Assembly (NCBI GenBank): GCA_000708835.1 | Contig: DF237073.1 | Location: 86,752 to 150,751, forward strand | DNA length: 64,000 bases | Origin: Klebsormidium nitens | Lineage: Eukaryota > Plantae > Klebsormidiophyceae | Direction of reading: 5' to 3' | Shown here: piece after piece, positions 58,601 through 64,000 of the stretch | Layout: each line of letters opens with the position of its first letter | Numbering within the stretch: position 1 is the stretch's first letter | Notes under the pieces: model-generated | Seen by the model: only the letters and a program-made list of their open reading frames with translations | The model's database searches: none | Told to the model about the DNA's origin: nothing | Program-made: the position numbers and the translations under genes

Positions 58601-61600
58601 CCGCGAACTCTTTTCGATCTATTCTGACCCGCTTCTGTGTGCACCTCAATCTTTCGTGTTTGAAGACGGTGGTCAAAGCTCCAAAAAGGTGCTATATTTT
58701 GTCAGATGAGACGGCGATACCAATCACAACAAAGAGATTCGCTCACGATACCGCTCGGGAACTGAAGCCTGGCGTGAATCCAGATACTGTGTGCTGATTC
58801 AAAGTCATCCTTTCTTCTTGCTTTCACGAAATTGTGCAACCCTGTAGAGACCCCGCTATCCTGCGTCCCCGAGAGAGTCGTAACCGGGCGTGAATAATTA
58901 CATGATGCCTAGTAATTCATCTTAAGCCCTCATTTAAAGTTGCGTACATAAGGGGTTGCCTCTATATACATCTTCCTCTCCGTATGCACCTATGTCTACT
59001 GTATAAGTATGTATATATAAGCGGATACGTACCCGTCTTTCCTTGGATCTACCCCAAGAAAACGCCTTCATCATTCTCATTCTCCTCCTTATTCATAAAA
59101 ANNNNNNNNNNNNNNNNNNNNNNNNNNNNNNNNNNNNNNNNNNNNNNNNNNNNNNNNNNNNNNNNNNNNNNNNNNNNNNNNNNNNNNNNNNNNNNNNNNN
59201 NNNNNNNNNNNNNNNNNNNNNNNNNNNNNNNNNNNNNNNNNNNNNNNNNNNNNNNNNNNNNNNNNNNNNNNNNNNNNNNNNNNNNNNNNNNNNNNNNNNN
59301 NNNNNNNNNNNNNNNNNNNNNNNNNNNNNNNNNNNNNNNNNNNNNNNNNNNNNNNNNNNNNNNNNNNNNNNNNNNNNNNNNNNNNNNNNNNNNNNNNNNN
59401 NNNNNNNNNNNNNNNNNNNNNNNNNNNNNNNNNNNNNNNNNNNNNNNNNNNNNNNNNNNNNNNNNNNNNNNNNNNNNNNNNNNNNNNNNNNNNNNNNNNN
59501 NNNNNNNNNNNNNNNNNNNNNNNNNNNNNNNNNNNNNNNNNNNNNNNNNNNNNNNNNNNNNNNNNNNNNNNNNNNNNNNNNNNNNNNNNNNNNNNNNNNN
59601 NNNNNNNNNNNNNNNNNNNNNNNNNNNNNNNNNNNNNNNNNNNNNNNNNNNNNNNNNNNNNNNNNNAAGAACCGTTATCTAGCAAAGACAGAAGTTCAAA
59701 TGATGAAAGCGAGAATGAACCCAAAATGAGGAATTTTCTTTTCAAGTCCTTGAAATTAACTTAGTATGCAGGTATGTCTCCTCATTCGCACTCTCTTCAT
59801 ACTATTCGGTGAAAAGAATGAAGCATTTGATGAAAAACGTGAGAGTTTTCACGATGAATGCCTCACGATTCATCAAGAGAAGGATGAAGTGAGGAGCCTG
59901 AGAATGAGGCCCAATCTTGTAATTTCTCACTCCCCGTTACTGCTTCGTGGCGTCCCCTCGGAAACGTTCAGGCGCGACTGACCGGCTAACACTACCAGCC
60001 CCCACTGAATGCATCTTCTCGCAGCTGAGGTGTTTGACCTGCGGAAAGCGGACACTCAACGAACCGGAGCCGTTCGTGGACCTGAGCCTTGGAGTCAGCG
60101 GCCCCTCTCTCGAGTCTGCTTTGGAGGGGCATATGGTGGCGGAAACGCTATGTGGAGAGGACAAGGTGTTCTGCGATGGAGAGTACTGCGAACGGAAGCG
60201 CCCGACCATGATCCAGACACTCATTCGGGAGCCGCCAAGAATGTTGATTGCCCACGTGAAGGTGGGTCCTTGGAACCTTTCAATTTCGCCCGTGCTGCCC
60301 TCTCTGGCCTTACTTTGTTACCATAACAAGAAATTAGGATCCATAGTTCCAACTGCCTTTGTAGGCCCCGGATTCCAAGGCCGTGCGTTCCACTTCTTGT
60401 ACCATATGCGTTTGGGCGTTGAGAAAGTGCTTGACGAATCTGATAAACAGCTTCTTTTTTCCTGCATCTTTGAATCGCGTTGCTTCCGCTTCCGCCAGGA
60501 AAGATTCTACTAATGATTTCGGAGAACCGATGTGTTGAAACCTTTGACCTTTGACTTCACTCATATTGATCAGAATTCCGCTTCGAACAGTCGCTGTTCT
60601 TTTTACGTCATTCAAGTCGCTGATATCGAAAGAGCCTGTTTTCCGTTCACGAATCCAGATCGCGGTTTCCAATCCTATGTAAGCTTGGTCGAAGATGCAA
60701 TAAACAGCCTCGAAGAGCTTCCATTCGTTTCCCTGCAGCGTTTCAAGGAGAACGGCGCAAAGGACGCAGCTCACGTGGGTTTCAGCCAAACCCTTTCCGC
60801 CGCTGACTACCTGGTCCCCGCCAGCCGCGCCTCGCGGCCACGCTACAAGCTGGAGGGCGTCGTCGTGCATGAAGGAGAGTCCCCCAACGCCGGCCACTAC
60901 ATCGCTTACGTGCTCATCGGAGGCAGCTGGTACCTGTTCGATGACGCAAGCGTGACGAGAGCAGAGTGGGCGGAGGTCGCTGCGGCGCAGGGGTACATCT
61001 TCTTCTACAGACGCACTCACCCTGACAGCAGTCTGCAAGTTTATCCGTCCCGGGGACGCGCGCGCGACGCGCGCGACGGGCGGGCGCGACCCGCGCCGCG
61101 AGACGATGCGCGACTCCCGAGTGCGCTCTCGGAGGCGCGGAAAACGCGCGCGTGTACTGAGACTGCCCTAGCGGATGCGCGCGAGGCGCAAGCGCGCGCA
61201 AAGGAGGAAGGCGGTCGGTACGCACCGGAGGCAGAATCAACGGAGCCCTCCTTGGGAAACGAGCCCCCAGGCCAAGGCGCAGCCTTTGCGAAGGTGGGTG
61301 TCGATCCGTTGCCTAGCTTTCCAGGCCTCTTGAATTCGTCACTCAAGGAGAGTCTTCGGTGGAGGTATAATCTTGGCCAGAGGCAAGGGTACGTACGATG
61401 TTCAGGACCAATCTGAGAAGCTTGTCGTCAAGTTCACGCCTTTGATGTAGAAGCGGCCGCTTCCGCAGAGAAATGTCGCCAGACTTGGTTCCAATCGAGC
61501 CGGCTTTGAGGCGCAGCTAATGACCTTCAGCGAGAACAAGGATAAGAACGGGCTGTTTGCCGCCATTTTAAATTCACGAGCGTCTCTGAGAGCCTCCTAT

Positions 61601-62906
61601 TTTTTCGTGGAACCTGCAGGCTGGCGTACTTGATGCGACGATTGAAACTGGTGCCCAGAAGGAAGACAACAATCGAGAGCACACGTCTCCATCCTCGGGG
61701 ACAGCTTCGACAGCCATCGAAGCCCGGCCAGACAAGCGCAAGCCCCCCGAGAACGCGAAGGACTGCCACGTGGTAGGCTGTAAGTCGCACACCGACTGCT
61801 CGGCTGATGCAGACAAACCGCATGGGCAGGCTGTGGGGTCCCCGGGCAGAACGGCAGATTTGGCCAGGGAAGGAACGTGGCTGAAGGCCGAGATGAGTTG
61901 CGAAGTTCACCGGGAGGAGGTCGAAAGAGCCGAGGAGCGGGAAAAAAGCTTCCTTGTGACCGGGGAGGAAACTTTGAAAGAGTGCCCGGATGATGGATCT
62001 CCCGGACCGAGGGAACCACGACCGGTCGGGGGAAAGCGACCACCCCTTGAGACGGCAATGAAGGACGATTTCACTGAAGAGCGGCCAGGTGACATCCTGG
62101 AATCTCCTCCCGAGACGGACCGGTGCAGGAGGTGGGCTCAAGGATGGCGGTGTCCGCTTCCGCGGGCTTTCGGCTATAGTGTGTGCCAGAAGCATCTCGA
62201 TATGGAGAGGCGGAAGCAAGCAGACAAGCGCGCGCGCAACGAGATCGCCCGGCGCGAGCGCGCGCGCGCGGAGCGTTCGTTTGCGGCGCGCGCTCAAGGA
62301 GAGGGTGAGCGCGGTGCGGGAGGTTCCGAGGTGATAAGCAGCGGTCGAGCGGAAGCGCGGAAGCCGGAAGCGGAAGGGGCTCAAGTAGCGGAACCGGCTG
62401 GGCAAGGAAGCGTCCCGGGTGGTGATCCTCTAGATAACGTTGACAGCAAGGCCTCCTTTGAGAGCCCGTCTGAGAAGAGCGTATACCCTCTGAGAAACAG
62501 GAAACGGAAGGCGCGGACGGACGAGAAGATGCAGCTTGCGGTAGGAGGAACCGCCGGAGATCCGATCGTCATAGCCTCGGACGAGGAAACACCGGTCGCC
62601 AAACGCCCCCGCAGTCCCGCCTTCGAAGGAGTTTCTTGCAGTTCCCCCATGGTAGAAGCGTCCCGGGCAGAAGCCGGAAGCAAAGAGCCATCGTATAGCA
62701 CCAGTTTGTGGTTCCCGCCGCCCGGGGAAAGTACGGAAGGGCCGGCAGGAGGATTTGCTCTGCCGGGGTCAAAAGAGTCTGAGCGACCGGGTCGAGTCGG
62801 AGAGGCACGTGCCGCTAGGAGTGGACATTCTGAATATGACTGGAGCGATAAGGAAAAGTCTGACGTGTGCGGTTTGCCGACGTGCGGTTTGGCGACATGC
62901 GGTTGA
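55658..62906 (+). CDS. Ubiquitin-specific protease (peptidase C19) with long C-terminal tail containing a WRC-like finger
   Basis: Exons: 55658-55796 and 56459-56794 (tentative), 57126-57281 (Cys box GLENLVNTCYLSTVVQCL), 57523-~57642, ~57932-58034 (QQDAHE), 58291-58381, 60025-60261 (CLTC, LSL), 60739-61293 (His box VVVHEG...GHY...WYLFDD), 61620-62906. The 3' end is uncertain. Confidence 0.88.
58880..59940. mobile_element. Putative AT-rich TIR element in a USP intron, spanning the assembly gap
   Basis: 58880-58906 GTAACCGGGCGTGAATAATTACATGAT matches the reverse complement of 59914-59940 (GTAACGGGGAGTGAGAAATTACAAGAT) at 22 of 27 positions. The interior is AT-rich. No TSD seen. Confidence 0.5.
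59102..59666. other. Assembly gap (565 N)
   Basis: Run of N. Confidence 1.
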
Positions 62907-64000
62907 ATGCAAGCGGAAGGGCCGGACTGCTTACGGGGGAGGAACGACCAAGGACGAGGATGCGTGTATAAAGGGTAATTCTAGAAGGGAGCACCTGGGA
63001 CGCATTAGGGAGCTCACGGTAGTGGCTTGCAGGAGAGAGTCAAAGTTGCAATGATTGGTGCAAGTAGTGTTTCTCGGCAGGAGTCCCCTGTATAGTCGAG
63101 CAGAAGGTTTGAACTCAAAGCCCCCTCCAGTCTCCTTTGCTCCAGGCGTGTAGAATATTGGTCGTCACTTGGCTCATCTAGTTGGTTTGGTATTCGTATT
63201 TGATGAGGGGTTTCAACTGAGCGGCTTTTTAACTGAGCGGCAAGTCTGATCATGGAGAGAAGCCCGAACGAAACCAGATCGCCGCGGATGTCTAGATGGC
63301 GCGGGACGTCAGGAGCAGGAATTGTGCGGTCTACAAATATGTAGCCGTCTTCATCACGACGTCGTACGTACTAGTTGAGAATGAAGGCTTCTTCAGGCTC
63401 TTTCGGCACTCACATGCTGAGTCCAAACGGGGAGTCAACTCGCTCGCTCGAAATCACAACGGTCTCAAGCTTTCTTTGCTTGATCGTGTGCACGCTAAGG
63501 CGGATGGAGCCAATATCGTGGAAGATCTGGACTTCCTTACAAGTGAGCGAATGAAAGCTTCGCATTTGTATATTCTCAATTCTTTGGTATTAAAACCACG
63601 TGCTATATGAGTAAGGGACACTTGTGCATTTGCTGAGAGCTACTGACAGGGCAGGCAAGTTTTGGCTAAGTTGCGGCCAAGCTCCGCAATTGGAGCATGT
63701 TGTGCCCACTATTATTGACATTCCCTATTCTCGCGGCTTGAGAAAATGATAGAGTCATATGAATTTGAATGAATGAGTCTGCCACGAGTCATTGTGAGTT
63801 CCATCGTCGTCGATTGGACACAGCAAGCTACGAGCCACTTGTATCATTGTTGACCGAGTCTTATAATCCTGGCATGCTTCACACATGCCGGATATGTCAA
63901 CTCGCTTGCTTTGACGCGTACACATGGCTGAATGATGAAGCTTCTATGAAAATGTGCAAGCGAGGCCTGACCTCTCTTTCTTCTCTGAACGGTGAGCGGA

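Noticed and set aside
58984-59745. 218-232 aa ORFs
   Set aside because: Artefacts of translating the N gap.
61527-62405. 292-aa minus-strand ORF
   Set aside because: Antisense shadow of the USP tail exon.
63296-63610. 104-aa plus ORF and a coding-like minus exon (EVQIFHDIGSIRL...)
   Set aside because: Cannot be joined into a model inside the window; may be the end of a gene beyond the edge.

Overview
This is intron-rich eukaryotic nuclear DNA from a green-lineage organism. The gene content (ABP1, HOL, DCD-Kelch, nuclear-encoded plastid uS10, ECA1-type pump, WRC-like finger) and GC-rich exons suggest a streptophyte alga such as Klebsormidium; this is inference. I spliced the genes by hand using GT(GC)-AG sites and phase consistency. 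In order: HD phosphohydrolase (partial, +), helical-MYND protein (-), AP-2 sigma (-), DCD-coiled-coil-Kelch (+), a 110-aa mini-gene made only of paralogous copies of the DCD-Kelch coiled-coil exons (+), ABP1 (-), SMIM8-like (-), HOL-type thiol/halide methyltransferase (+), plastid uS10 (-), ECA-type P2A Ca2+-ATPase with a ~140-aa N-terminal extension (+), two orphan genes, and a USP deubiquitinase with a WRC-like finger (+). Non-genic features are a hAT-type MITE with a perfect 8-bp TSD, a frameshifted MFS-transporter fragment inside an intron, a TIR element spanning the 565-N gap, three inferred GC-AG introns and several micro-duplications. No rRNA, tRNA or CRISPR features were found. The best novelty candidates are the coiled-coil mini-gene (possible microProtein), the possibly organelle-targeted SERCA-type pump, and the USP+WRC architecture. 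No database searches were run; family assignments rest on motifs recalled from memory.
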